From Amoebophrya sp. A120 (taxonomy: Eukaryota; Protista; Dinoflagellata), in the NCBI GenBank assembly GCA_905178155.1, contig CAJINV010000004.1, forward strand, positions 9,300,418 to 9,352,104: a stretch of 51,687 nt of DNA. The letters are read 5' to 3'. The translations under genes and the position numbers were made by a program. Numbering within the stretch: position 1 is the stretch's first letter; each line of letters starts with the position of its first letter. Below are positions 24,564 through 37,300 of the stretch, one piece after another. A model generated the notes under the pieces. The model searched no databases. It was not told the origin of the DNA and saw only the letters and a list, made by a program, of their open reading frames with translations.

Positions 24564-24799
24564 TATCAAATGCAAATATGTCTGGGTCTGGAAACTTGTG
24601 ATGCAAACCAGGGAATACCGGGCGCACTGCCACTGTCATACGTGGCCAAGCATGACACGTTTTTGAGCTGCTATGTGTAGCGTATTCCGCATGGCAGACT
24701 GCGCTTTTCCATCACAGACAAAGCGATCTTTTTGCATCTACGCATGACAGAGTTCCGAGACATGTCAGACAAGCATGACAAGTCTGGCAATCTTCCAGA
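24564..24799. mobile_element. Introner, family A, right TIR truncated
   Basis: Ends CAATCTTCCAGA without CCCAGACA..ATA or a second GCATG. Confidence 0.8.
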
Positions 24800-24905
24800 G
24801 GACCCGGACAAATTTCCATCTACGACGCCGGGTGTTCCTTCCAGGGCTGCGAGCAGTTCGATTCCTTCTTCGGGTCGAGGGGAATCGCGAGAGCCGGGTA
24901 GTACA

Positions 24906-25160
24906 TGTGGATTGCAAAAGTGTCTGGGTCTGGAAACTTGTGATGCTGAGTGGCGAAGCATGAGGATGCCACAAGTGACGGCTCAGCATGACAAGTTTCT
25001 GACTACTTGCTACGTGTTATGTATTCAGCATGACAAACTGCGTTTTTGCATGACAGAAAGTTGGGGCTTTTGGGTAACGTGCATGACAGACTTGAGAGAC
25101 ATGCTAGCCGAGCATGACAAACTTCCGCGCTTCCAGACCCAAACATTTTTGCATTCGATA
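24906..25160. mobile_element. Introner, family A (A2), left end TGT
   Basis: DR GTACA; minus-strand frame joins DNLY-YPAL. Confidence 0.88.
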
Positions 25161-25208
25161 GTACAAGTTGTCCTCCAGCTTGTTGGAGCTGTGCAAGAAC
25201 AGCGAAAA

Positions 25209-27480
25209 TGGTTCCGGAGGTACTGTCCGGTTGGATTTGAAAGAGTGTACGGCGTCACTAACGGTGCGAAGTACGTCCATACCAACCCGGGCGGGTGGCT
25301 GCAGCGGTGGCAGAGCCCGGGGTCGATCTTTGTCAAGGCGGAATGGTTTGACGAGGGGACAGTTATTCCGGAAGAAATCGTTCAGGAGCAGCGGGAAATG
25401 GACCGATTCCAGGCATTCGATTTACAGAAACTCGCGGCCGCGATGGCGGAAATGGAGGGGTGGAACAGCAGGGAGAGGCTACACGAAATGCAGGACAGCT
25501 ACTTGAAGATCTGCTTTCAAGAAACAACTGAGGATAATCTCGTCTTAGATTTATCAAAAGTCGGAAAAAGAGGCCGGTACCACGTCAACATCCCCTTCCA
25601 ATTCAATATTTCCCACTGCTTGTTCGAGCTCTGTCCGGTTCCGATCCCACATTTTACGAAATTCAAGGCGAAGTTGGATTATTGGAAAGGGTTTTTCGAC
25701 GCCTTGCTTGTTTCGGAGGAATTTGGAAAAAAAGTGGAAGAGTTTTTACTGGAAAGCGACGCGGATTTAGCCGGGTATACGCGGGAAGGGAAGATGAAGC
25801 GAAGGGTCGTAGTGGGAGATGGTGGCGACGCGGAGGAGGATGCATCTGCGTTGTTGTTCGGTGGAGAAGATGCTGATGAGGATGGAGATGTTGAGCAGCA
25901 AGAACTCAGAAACAGTGTCGCTGCCGATGAGTCCGAGGTGGATCATGCTGCTCCCGCTGCAAGAACATCAGCCCGTACCTTCAACGACCTTTCCTTCCGG
26001 GAGGTGGTTTTCTTCTGTACTTACAGAAGTGCAGAAAATTCTCCAGAACAATGATATCACAACCAAAAACTGGGCCGAGCCAAATACCACCCACCCCTCC
26101 GCGGATAATCAGTCGGGACAGAGGGTCAAATTTCTCATCGACCCAGAGACCGAAACCTGGCCTGAGCACGGGATAACTGCAAACTGGGATGAGAAAGATG
26201 CGGAAAAAAACGCGATCCCGGAAGGCCAAAACATCGGGGACATTATTGAGGAAAACAATGGTTTTGTTTTCGGATTAGTAGATGCGGATTTCCGCCACTT
26301 AGTCCGGCAATTTTGCACGTCATTCTGGGGCGAGCAGGCGATCCTCGCCGTGCACTCGGCCGCCGTGGAACTCGCGTTGAGGGAGTTCAGAACGGTGGGG
26401 GAAGTGAACGAAATGGTTTTGGATAATGAGAAACAAAAGACGAAGATGAAATATTTTTCTCTGATTTCCTTACATCCTCTCAAAGCGGAAGACGATGGAA
26501 TAGCCGGTCTGAAAAACCCGATGCCACTGAAGCCGACCGACATGATCCGACCCCGCAGTTGGGTCATAGACCCGTCGTTGCCGAAGGAAGTTTACAAAGA
26601 GCAGGCGTTCAACGGGACGGAATTTTCGTTCCAATCCTTCTCCTTGACCGAGCAGTCGTTAACGACCGGTTTCGCGGCAATTCACATCGGGCCTGTGCAG
26701 GCCTTGCGGTTGACCGGGAAAATTGGCATCCGGAGAGTTGACCCGGAAAAGCATATCCGTTATGGGAAAGCGAATATGGATGCTTTGGAACAATGCGTGA
26801 ACAACAACGCCCGCGCTCCTGCACTCAACATTGCTGGCGGAGGAGAGGAACAGCCGGGGGGTAGATTAGTCTTGCAAAACTTCGGGCAAAGCGAGCGAGA
26901 GTTTGGGCAGCAGAGAGTGATTGTGGCAGAAGACATAGTGCTGGACGGGGAAGTGAAAAATCTAGAGAAGACGATTTCCCCATTTGGGGAGGTGGAAAGG
27001 ACGACGTTCTCGCAGCCTCGCAGCCAATTGGATTTTCAGACGCAGCAACAAACTGCGTTGAAAAATTTCATCAAGTCCAGCTACAATTGGACCGGCCCCT
27101 GTCGAACCTCGTACAGTGATGGGGAAAATGGCGCGTTCACCTGTTCGCTGTTTTTCGAGCCGAATGGGAAACTGCAGGAGCTGGGGATCCCATATGAAAT
27201 CTACGTGGAGGAGTTTGACGAAACTGAATTGGCGGATTTGGAAAAAAACCGGTACAGCAACAGCCAAGATTTTGACAAACGTATCGAAACCGGGATCCGA
27301 ATTGAAGTGGGGTTTTCCGCCGACGATTCGAAGACAGAGGCGGAAAAGAACTTTGAGACGAAGACTCACGCGTTGGGCTACCCAACGGACGCAAACAAGC
27401 GGGGGTGGGGCCACCCGGATTTGTTTCCGCAGAAGGGTCGGAAAGGCGGAAATTGCGGAGCTGGGTGTGCGATTATGTGA
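25209..27480 (+). CDS. 3' part of an unknown protein ending in a CaaX motif (CAIM); one apparent frameshift near 26008-26011
   Basis: Protein-like ORFs 24732-26054 and 25819-27480 join as REVV-SSVLTEVQ if one T of a T4 run is removed; C-terminus GGNCGAGCAIM*. Confidence 0.6.
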
Positions 27481-28308
27481 GGTTTGGATATCATTATCGG
27501 TGCCCATTATGTGTGAGCCTTTTTCTTGAGCGCTTTTAGCGCACAAGTACACTTCCGCCTGCGCCGATCTCCCAAACCAAGAACTTGTCGTTCTGTCCTG
27601 TAGTTGATGTTTTGGACGAATAATAATTCGTACCCAATGTACGTGTAGCTGTAGCGCCTTGATGGATTCTTTTTCGTTTTGATGCCGTGAAAGCACACTG
27701 CACACCCTTCATCTACGTGAATTTCATGTCCTGAAATCGCAACAGACATCGCGTTAAATCTCTGCTCTGTCAACCGCAAAGAAGAAGGTGTTCTTGACCA
27801 CTTTCTCGTGTGCTTATCTCTGTCAACCGCAAACACCAAGGCATGTAGTTCCCGGATGAAAGGATAAGAAATAAATCGTCGGGCGCCGGCTTGATAGTAA
27901 GTAGAACAACTCGTCGCACGACGCCATGCAATCTCGTTGAACAGGTACAACGTCGTAGTCACGACAAGTAGAGTTCTCTCATCAAGATCGGTAAGAACCA
28001 CATCGTGTGCCAATCTGCTTTTTGCAGCTGATCGTCGTAGCAATTCGTCTTCCCTGGTGCAGAAGATCACAAATTCGTGTCACAACAACTTGCATCGTCA
28101 CCAAGTGTCGCTTCGTCGTATTTTGAGTTTGAAGGGAAGATCGTACGTAAGGAAAAATAGAAGCTCTTTGATCGTCGCTTGTCTAGTACTACAAACAATC
28201 TGCCACTAGCGTTTTTTTTTTTCGAGGATGACGCGCTATTGAAGATCATTTTGTGGTATAACATAGAGACCACTGCATCAGTTTGAATACAGTCAAGAAC
28301 CAATCAAA

Positions 28309-31300
28309 ATGGCCGACGTCGGCGTAGCGCCGGGCTACGCTTTCCGCGGCGGCGACGCGACTGCTGCGGCCAACGGGGTCCGCGATGCGGTCCGCGGTTT
28401 CGACTTCGCCAGGGTGGACGCGAGTCGTTTCACCTGCGATTACTTCGCCAACCTCGCCCAGTCCTACGTGAATCGGGGGGATACGAAGGGGTTGATCACG
28501 GTCACCGAGATTGTGAAGACCAACTTCCCGTCCGATGAGATCAATCTGAACTTCAACTCCGTCGTCTCCCGGCCGCGACGGACGCTGGACATGGCGGAGG
28601 TGCATGTTCTGCTCGCGGTGTTGATGAACAAGCTAGGGGAATTCGAAAAGACCGAGCAATACGCAAAATATGCGATCGGGCTCACAGATTTCCTATTCGA
28701 AATGATCCGCAAGATCAAGCGGGCGAACAAACGGATTGAGATGGACGAAGTGAAGTACCTGTCCGGCATGTACGACATCGACCGGATCTGGTACGACAAG
28801 GTGGTCCACGTTTCCTGCACGGCGCGCGAGGTTCTCGGCTGCGAGCAAGCCAGGCAGAACCGCGTCGCGATGGCGGGGAAGGTGGAGCAGATGCAGAGGG
28901 ACTTCCTGCACAATATCCTGTGCAAAAGTATCGTACTCGTAGTAATTGCAGTCATGCATTACAAATCTTTTTCTTAAGCTAAATCCGCATTACAAATTTC
29001 ATTTCTCATGCTGAAGAAATTTGTAATGCATTTATACGAGTGCGATACTTGTTTTGCAATTCATGCACAAGCTCTCCATGCAGTTCGCGGGCGCGTATGG
29101 CGAATTGAAGAAGGAACTCCGGGAGCGGGAAATCGACCGGTTGATCAAAACCAGGAAAAGGTGGAGCAAAAGTCGAAAGTTGCTGAAGGTGGTGAGGAAA
29201 ACGCTAAGCGCGGCGAAGGCAGTGGAACAGACCCAGACGGCGGCAGAGAATAAGGCTTTGCGGGAGGAAAAGGAGAAAACGCAAGCGGAAGATGGCGTTC
29301 CCTTTTTGGACGCACCGCCGGCAAGAGGGGCAGCAGGAGCAGGAGCTCCTGGTGGGGCGGATATTACGACCACTGCCACTGATGTCGTTGAGCAAGCTGC
29401 TGCAGTTGAGGGAGCGGAAGCTGCTGCAACTACAACTACTGCTACGACTACTGCTGTTGATGCAGAAGGGCCGGGTGCAGCTGCAAACGCGTCATCTGAG
29501 CAGGCCGCGCCTGTAGAAGCAGCAGCTACAGAGGAAACTGCAAATAAACCTGCGACTACAACTGTTGAATCTGAAGCCGCAGCGCCTGCTCCTGCAGCAG
29601 AAGACGACGCACAACAAGCAGCCGCACCTGCAGTTCTTCCGGAAGAGGCCGCAGAGGCGGGTACGACCGAAGCCGCCGCTGAAACCGAGGCTGCGGTGGA
29701 AGGAGAAGATCAACCAGCGGCCCCAGCAGAGGGTGAGCACGCTGGTATCGATGAGCAGCCGGCAATGACTGCGACAGAGGAAGCAACCGGTCCACCTGCT
29801 GTTGAGGAGGCGGAAGGGGAAGTAGCAGCTGCCGCTGCTGCTCAAGCGGAGATGAACAAGGCAGAAGATGAAAGTGCACCTGCTCCTGAGGCAGAAGCCG
29901 CAGCTGCGGATGCTGGTGGCGAAAATGCTCCCGCCGCGGCAGAGCCAGAGGAAGCGGCTGCAACGGCAGTGCCAGTGGTCGAAGAGGAGGCACCAGCGCC
30001 GCCAGAGGAATCGCCCGCAGAAGCTGCCGCTCCGGATGAACAGGAAGCTGAGCAACAAGGCGCGGAAGCTCCTGCTGTCGAGGGTGACCACGAGGCGCCG
30101 GGGCAAACCTCCGCTGAGGAAGGGGCGAATGAGGGCGAAGCTGCAGAGGAGGCTGCAGGTATAGTTTAGAGGCTGTGCAACAATTGGACCCCCTTTCGAC
30201 AGGTCGAAAGGGGGGGGGGGGTAGGTAGGTCGACAGCCGGAAACCGGCGGCCGGCCCGCCGATGTGTGGGTGGGGGTCCGGCCCCACAACGGCCCGTGGC
30301 TCGGTCGCCGGCTCCTCCGGCACTGGTCGGAGGCCCGCCTTTGCTTGTGTGCAGGCACTTATCCACAGCGCCGGGCTTCACTACAACTCCGACAAGGAAC
30401 AAAGCGCACTCCGCTTTGTTCTTTGTCGGAGCAGCGAGCCACCGAAACCGGCCCCGCGCAGCATGATACTGGAATGGCCTCAGCTTACGCACTGGCCCAC
30501 AGCTCTACTTTTTGGAGGGTTGCGCCGTGACCTGCTACGCCCTGTTCCTTTTCACCCATCACGGGGCACAGCAGGCGCGAGCCCTGCCTTTCACTCCGCC
30601 GATTTTCCGTCGGGAAAGGGGTTCTGTTGCATGGCCTGGCGCGCGATACGAGACCGCGCGCCATCCCATGGCGGGTCATTTTATTCTGGCCGGAATGGTG
30701 CAGAAGCAGATGTTTTTTGCAATTGACTCACAACTAGGCTCCGCGATTCTGATAGTAGATCGCAGGACCGCATCCGGCGAAGCGACTTTTTTGGCTGTGT
30801 GGCAACGACGACCACAGGCGGACTTCGTCGCAGAAATTCAGAAGTCCGGCCTAGTGGTTGCCCACTATGGCGGATTTTATTAGACTGCTTTCATCATAGT
30901 GGTAGCCCGCCTATGTTCGTTTTCGCTTCGTTCGCCGCAAGCCTTTGGCAAATGAATAAAGGCGAAGTCGCGGCGGTTTTCCTAGCAATTTAACCACAGC
31001 GGGCGCGCGCAGCGCGCCCCGCGAAATTTTTTTTGCAGGCAATGTAAAGCACACGCGCGTGGCTCCTAAAATTTTTTTTTTACAAAGACTAGTTCGCGAA
31101 GGGAGTGGGCAATATACCGGCACCGGGCGCGCGCAGCGCGCCCCGCAAAATTTGCAAGCAATGTAAAGCAACACACGCGCGCAACGTAGCTGCACCTCGG
31201 GCGGCGCGTGGGGCCTAAAGTTTTTTACTAGTTCGCGAACGAAAGGGGCAATGTACCAGCACCGGGCGCGCGCAGCGCGCCCCGCGAAATTTTTCGCAAG

Positions 31301-34300
31301 TAGGCCGCGATCCAAGCAGGAAAGGCCGGGGAGCGCCTTGAGCAGGTGTGCGTAGCGCACCCCACACAGCCCATCTTTTAGAAACTGGGGACGCTTGTCG
31401 AAAGGGGGGGGGGAGGGGGGAGGTAGGTCGCCAGCAGGCCGCTGACCCCCCTTTCGACACGTCGAAAGGGGGTCCAGTTTTTGCACAGCCTCTTATACCT
31501 CTGGAGGTGACGATGACGATGTTGAAAAAATAGTACGTCGCTGATTATACTTATGCGTCTGCGTGATGTGTTGAAGCCCGTTCTCCTGATTTGCATGAAG
31601 TTGAAAAAAGAAATACGAGCAGAGCTACTAGCTATAGACTTCAACTCGGTGTTCGTGTTCGTATCACAGAAATCAAAATTTTATCACAGCCGCGGCCGCA
31701 GAGCCGGCTGCTCCGGCGTTAGCTGAAGGCGCTCCCACTGCTGCAGCCACAGCAGCTGCCAGCACCGGCGACCAAGTTGCTGACGAAGAACCCGCCCGCG
31801 ATCTGTACGACCCGCTCCACAAGAGATTTGACTCGCAGGAGATGCGAAAATTTTCCGAGATCGGCATTGGGGACGGAATTTTAGAACCGGAGGAGGGGGA
31901 GCAATTTGACGAGCTCGACTACGACCTCCAGGATGTCGACACCTACGCCCGCGAGGGTCTCGGCTCGCTCCTCGACGAGGTCCGCGGGCCGGGCGTTCAG
32001 AAGGAGTACAATTTCAATTTCGAATTCGAAGATGAGGAGCCGGAACGGGAGTTTTACGAATCTTCCGGCGAATCGTCGACCGATGAATCGGAGTTGGAAG
32101 CGGGGTTGCAGAGGTTAATGGGCGGCGACGGCGGACCGGTGCAGGAGCATGTGGAGGAGGAAGATCCGTTCACACAACTTGTCAAAGCCGGTGGGAAAAT
32201 CCCGCGGGACCGGATCTGGGAGTTGCTATCCCACTATTTCGAGGTCGCGGGCCTCGGAGATCCGCGCGACGAGTTGGAGCGGTTGCAAATGAGCATGGAC
32301 AGCACGATGAACCAATCGGTTAACTTTTTGACGAAGAATTGTCAGTCGTTAGCGGACCAAGTCGAAGCGATCGCGTCCAACTGGTTCGACGCCCCATACG
32401 AATCGGCCGAGGACATCAAGAACATGGGGCGAATCCGTGCCGCCGGCGGCGATGTGGAGAAGTACAAAAGAATGATGGCGAAGCGGAAGAAAGAGGAGAA
32501 AAAGACCGCAGCGGCCGACAAGTACCTCGGTGCACCGCATCTAGCGAAACAGCACGAGGTGCAAACGGGGCGGATCACGTATGAAAGCCTCAGGTTGGAA
32601 ATCCTCAAAGTGGAAATGATTTGTAATGCAAAAAAACGAATCCAGTTGAAGCGCCATTTCTAGTCGGCGCATAACAAATTTTCCGGGCACTCAAAGCATG
32701 TCTGTCATGCTAGGTAGGCAAAGGGGTGCCCTTCTCTCGTGCTAATCAGCAGCCCAATTCTGAACCCCTAGCAGGACAATGGTCGGTCTCCATTGTGTCC
32801 TATGCAATACAGTCTTTTTTGCCTTGCATTTCATGCATCACAAATTATTTCCACTTTGACGATTTCCATTCTGAGGCCTTCATATCACGGCGATCGTGAA
32901 CGGGCAGAAGAAGCACACGGAAAGGGTCGTTATCAAAACGAAAAATCCCCCCTCCCCATATCGAAAACGAAACTTGTGATGCGGGATTTGTGTACACAAA
33001 TCGGCTTCGTCTTGCAGTAGAGGACTGCAGACAGATACAAAGCCGGAGTAGGGGCGTTTTGGTGTAGGCGCTTAGGAAGGCAGGCATATCCTCCGTAGGC
33101 CCTACAGCATTACAAATCGCCTGCAGGGCGCAGCGGGGTTTTTGGTTTTGCCTGCTTGCAATACAGAGACGGTTTGTGGATGTGGTCTCCAATCAGCATC
33201 ACAAATTTTCCCCGTTTGGTTTAATGGGGAGGGGGGATTTTTCCTCGCAGTAGTCGTGAGTAAAAACTTCGCGGAGGCGGATGAAAGGATGTGGACTTTG
33301 GCGGAAGCGTTGTGCGATCTACTCGTGCAGGTGAAGCGCAAAGGTGCGGACGGCCGGGCGAAGGCGCGAGAGGTTTTGGGTGGTGGCGAATCGTTTTTAT
33401 CCCCCATGCGGAAGAACTTGCAGTTACAATTGGAGATGGACCCGATGCAACTGCACCCGGGCGCGACCTTCTACTACCGCGCGAGCCCCTCTAGCAGTCG
33501 AGGGCTTGGTAGTCCGAAGAACGCGCACTTGCTGAAGAAAAAGGAATTGCTGGACAGAGTGGCAGATCAAGCGGCGGCCGCGACAAGTCCGGAGAGTTCC
33601 GCGCCGCCGAGTCCGAAGCGGAGGTTATCACCCGAGGACATAATTTTCTTGTCTCTGAGACAGCGTGTGATTCCCAGATCGGAGCGCGAGATTGTGATCA
33701 ATGTCCGGCTCGAACCTCCGGAGAAGGGCACGGTGCGGCCGGCGCCGGACGAGCCGCTGTGGCTGCCCAAATCGCCGGCGAAATCGCCGGAAAAGTCGGC
33801 AAGTGGAACGGCAAGTGTGGCGCAGAGTCCAGCGGGGAAGCCATTGAGTCTCCAGTCCCTTGGCAAAACGGCATCCACCGTGAAATTCATGACTGGTGGG
33901 AAACCCTTCGCGTTCGGCGCGTCACCGACCGCGCCGGCGACCGGGGTGCAGGTGGCCACAGGAACAGCGGCAAATGGTGCAGCAAATACTGCCGACGTTG
34001 CTCCCCCGGCGCCGCGACCTGGCTCTCCGAAGGGAATTCTCGCCTCGCCCAGCGCAAAATCACCGAAGCACCAGAACAGCAGCACCGGAAGTCCGTCAAA
34101 CCGCGGCACTCCAAGTGGTCATCATCATCATCATCACGGCAACCAGCAGCACCAAGAGGCTGTCGGCGCCTCTTACCTTCGCGCCTTGCGTCGCATCGCT
34201 GACGAAGCGACCAACCCCCCGCCGAAGACGAAATTTAGGCAGCAGAGGACGAGGAACAACAATGGGGACTTGGGTTTGTCCGCGGCACAACAATTAACCG

Positions 34301-37300
34301 TGTTGGACCGCTTCCACCGCGGGGAGAAGCAGTTTGTGAAGCTGAAAGACGCGCACTTCTACCCGAGGAACGACCATACGGAGAAGAAGCCGACGATTGC
34401 GGCGATGCTGGCCGGGCAAACATCAACGTACAACTCCGCGACGCAACAACAGTTCAGTGCCACAGGGCGGTCGAGCTCGCAATTCTTGCACACGGCGAGT
34501 ACCACGGTTGCGGACGGGAGGTCGATGTTAACGGCTACTTCTGCAGATAACTTCACCAACTCGCTGATGTCGACTACCGCGATCTGGAACAACCAACAGA
34601 GATCTGTCGACGGAACGAATACAGATGCAGCAGCTCAGAATAACAGCCTGCACCAACAGTCTCAGTCTTCCTTCCGATCGACGACTTTGTCTTCTTCCAT
34701 TCTGCAACCGCAAATGAACAACTCGATGAGCATGACGAATTTCAGCTTCTACGACGAATCCATGCTGTCCGAAAATGATCGGGGTTTATTCGATGACTTA
34801 GAAGAGCAAGAGGAGGACAGTGACGAGGAGAACGAAGTTGCTGCACAGCTGGAAAAGCGGGTGATTGAAAAGCGGAAACGACGAAATTTAGTCAGGAAGC
34901 CAAACTACTTCACGAAACAATCCCGCTGCTTCGAGAACATGCGATCAGCGAGGTCGGCGACACTTTCTTACCCGATCTTCTCCGAGCCGGTCTTATTCGT
35001 CCCCGAGCCCCTGCGTGACAACGTGCAATTGAAAGACGCCCAGATAAGGCGCAGGTTGAGGAAGTACCAAACCGACGGCGCAGCGTTTGGCTTAACAAAG
35101 TTCATGAAGCCGAGGGAAAAGGATAAAAAGTCCGTGAAGGGAATTATGTTCGGACTACGAGTCTCCTCGTTAGTGAACGTCGCAGCAGCGAAGTTCAAGG
35201 CGAAAGGGTTGCTAGACAACACGTACAAGACGGGGCAAGGCGTGTCGCAGTATTTGGATAAGGTGGCGCAGGAAAGGATGAAATTAGAGAAGGAGAAGCA
35301 GGGGAAGCAGGAAAAGCAGGGCAAACCGTCGAAATATGGAACTGTCAGGTTTGAAATCGTCAAAGTTGAAATAGTTTGCCATGCATAAAATGCAGCGCAG
35401 AAAGTGCCTGTCTTGCAGAGTAGGCAAGGGGGGCAGATTGTGTGCCTGTTTCGGGGTAGAAATAGAGCTGCTAAAGTAGCATGGCAAAAGGCGTCTTCCT
35501 TACCCAAACAGCATGACAGACTGGATTTCGGCTCTACCCAAATTTGTCATGCGTCACTTGGCAACTGGGTTGCAACTTTCATCCATTTTCTGCATTACAA
35601 GTTATTCCAACTTTGTCGATTTCAATCCTGACACATCCATACGAAAGCGGACGTGTTTAAAAAGGAAACGAAGATGGCACAGAGCAGAAGGGAGTTACTG
35701 TTATGCATTGCAAAAGTATCGTAGTAGTATAAATTGCATCACAAATTTTGGCAAGAAGGAAATTTGTATATGCTGTTTTGCATTAGGAAAAACATTTCAA
35801 TTTGTCATGCATATTTGCAATTAGTACGAGTACGATACTTTTGCACAGGATCACTGTCGATTTTCGACAATTTCCGGCGGCACAGCAGACGGCTGAACTA
35901 CGAAATGTCGTTGCTCACACCCGACTACTTATTCGACAACGTGTTCCTTTACAGCAATTTCTCCTTCCCGATGCTGCGAAGGAAGGCGATCAAGCAATTC
36001 GAGCGGGAGATGAAATTACGCGTGTACATGCGGAAACCAAGTGAATTGCTGCTGATCCAGAAGAAACTCTCGAGTGGTTTCCGAAGAATGAAGGAAGACC
36101 AGTTGTCGATCGATCACCGACGGATGTTGCGCGACATCGGGCGGATGGGAGACTACAAAGAGTACCGGCAGAGGATATGCAGTGCAAAAGTATCGTACTC
36201 GTATAAATGCATTACAAATTTCCTCAGCATGAGAAAAAAATTTGTAATGCTGATTTACTTTAAGGAAAAGATGCATGATTGCAATGCGAGTGCGATACTT
36301 TTGCACAGGATAGAGGAAGCCGCGGAATGAGTTACCGCTAGATCCGGAAGAGCTCGCGATGTATATGGCGTTCTCAAATGTTACATTCTGCTCAACTGTT
36401 ACATGATTTGTCATGCAAAATGAGCATCAACGTCCACACAGTGAAGCTGCCTCGCATGACAAATTTTGGAAGGGCTAAAGCTAAACAGCATGGGAATCTG
36501 TGCCGAATTTGTAATGCAAGAGTTGCAAGACCCCGATCCGGCCTTGTTTCCTGCCTGTTGCCATTCTTGCATCACAAATTCATGTAACAGTTGAGAATGT
36601 AACAATTGAGAATCCCATAATGTACGAGCAGCAATTTGAGGACGCGCCGTTGATCGATGCCCACCCGAAAATGCCGGACGAGAAGGTCTTCTTCGTGAAA
36701 TCTCGGGCGCAAGCACCCGACTATGGAAGCGTGGTCAGGATTGAAATCATCAGAGTTGGAATAGTTTGTGATGCATAAAATGCAACCAGCAAAATACCTG
36801 TCTTGCCGACTAGGCAAGGGAGGCAGATTGTAAGCCTGTTGAGGGGTAGCAATAGAGCTGCTAAAGTAGCATGAAAAACGGCGCCTCTTTACCCGAACAG
36901 CATTACAAACTGGATTTCGGCTTTACCCAAATTTGTCATGCGCCACTTGCAAACTAGGCGCCAACTGGTATCCAATTTATGCATGACAATATCATTTCAA
37001 GAACTTTGTTGATTTCAATCCTGACACACCCATACCGACCCGTCAGCGGATAAAAACAGCGGGCAGTTGGGGAAACGGCCGGAAAGGATGAAGGACAAAG
37101 AACCCAAAATCCGGTACATTTGGCGGGACAAACCGGACGTGCCGTTGGTGGTTCCGCGGATCGCGAAGGCGGAAATTGAGGAAAAACAGGCGAAACAGGC
37201 GATTGACTACGCGAAGGTGAAGCCGGAGGCGAAGAAGGTGTTGCGGATTCTACACGAGGATATGGTCCCGACCTACTATAAGAAGGAGAAGGAAGCCGAG

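Larger units (their letters stand above)
23789..25208 (-). pseudogene. Inverted block of five exon pieces from an introner-rich gene
   Basis: After introner removal the minus strand reads FSLFLHSSNKLEDNLYYPALAIPLDPKKESNCSQPWKEHPAS* then MPMVHDGKKCYNPDANMRYWALKNAVPNVIAHLTRSPTGLYSGVQAQRGHFYEAINWNAKGLPMEIKAAPFEPR with GC3-rich codons. Confidence 0.7.

Noticed and set aside
24732-25160. N-terminal part of the 440-aa ORF and recurring peptides such as CKNVWVW, FQTQTFL and AKVSYSY
   Set aside because: Translations of introner TIRs, not protein repeats.
30167-30169. TAG as the stop of the 28309 gene
   Set aside because: It is formed by the TSD plus the first TE base inside a phase-compatible GT-AG intron, and A/E-rich coding sequence resumes at 31690.
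29492-30358. Long minus-strand ORFs opposite GC-rich or low-complexity exons (also 2441-3103, 3211-3891, 26962-27705)
   Set aside because: Antisense shadows of plus-strand coding sequence with no recognisable motifs.
30512-30883. ORF inside the Harbinger-like element as a transposase
   Set aside because: Short, with no DDE or Myb/SANT-like motif recognisable.
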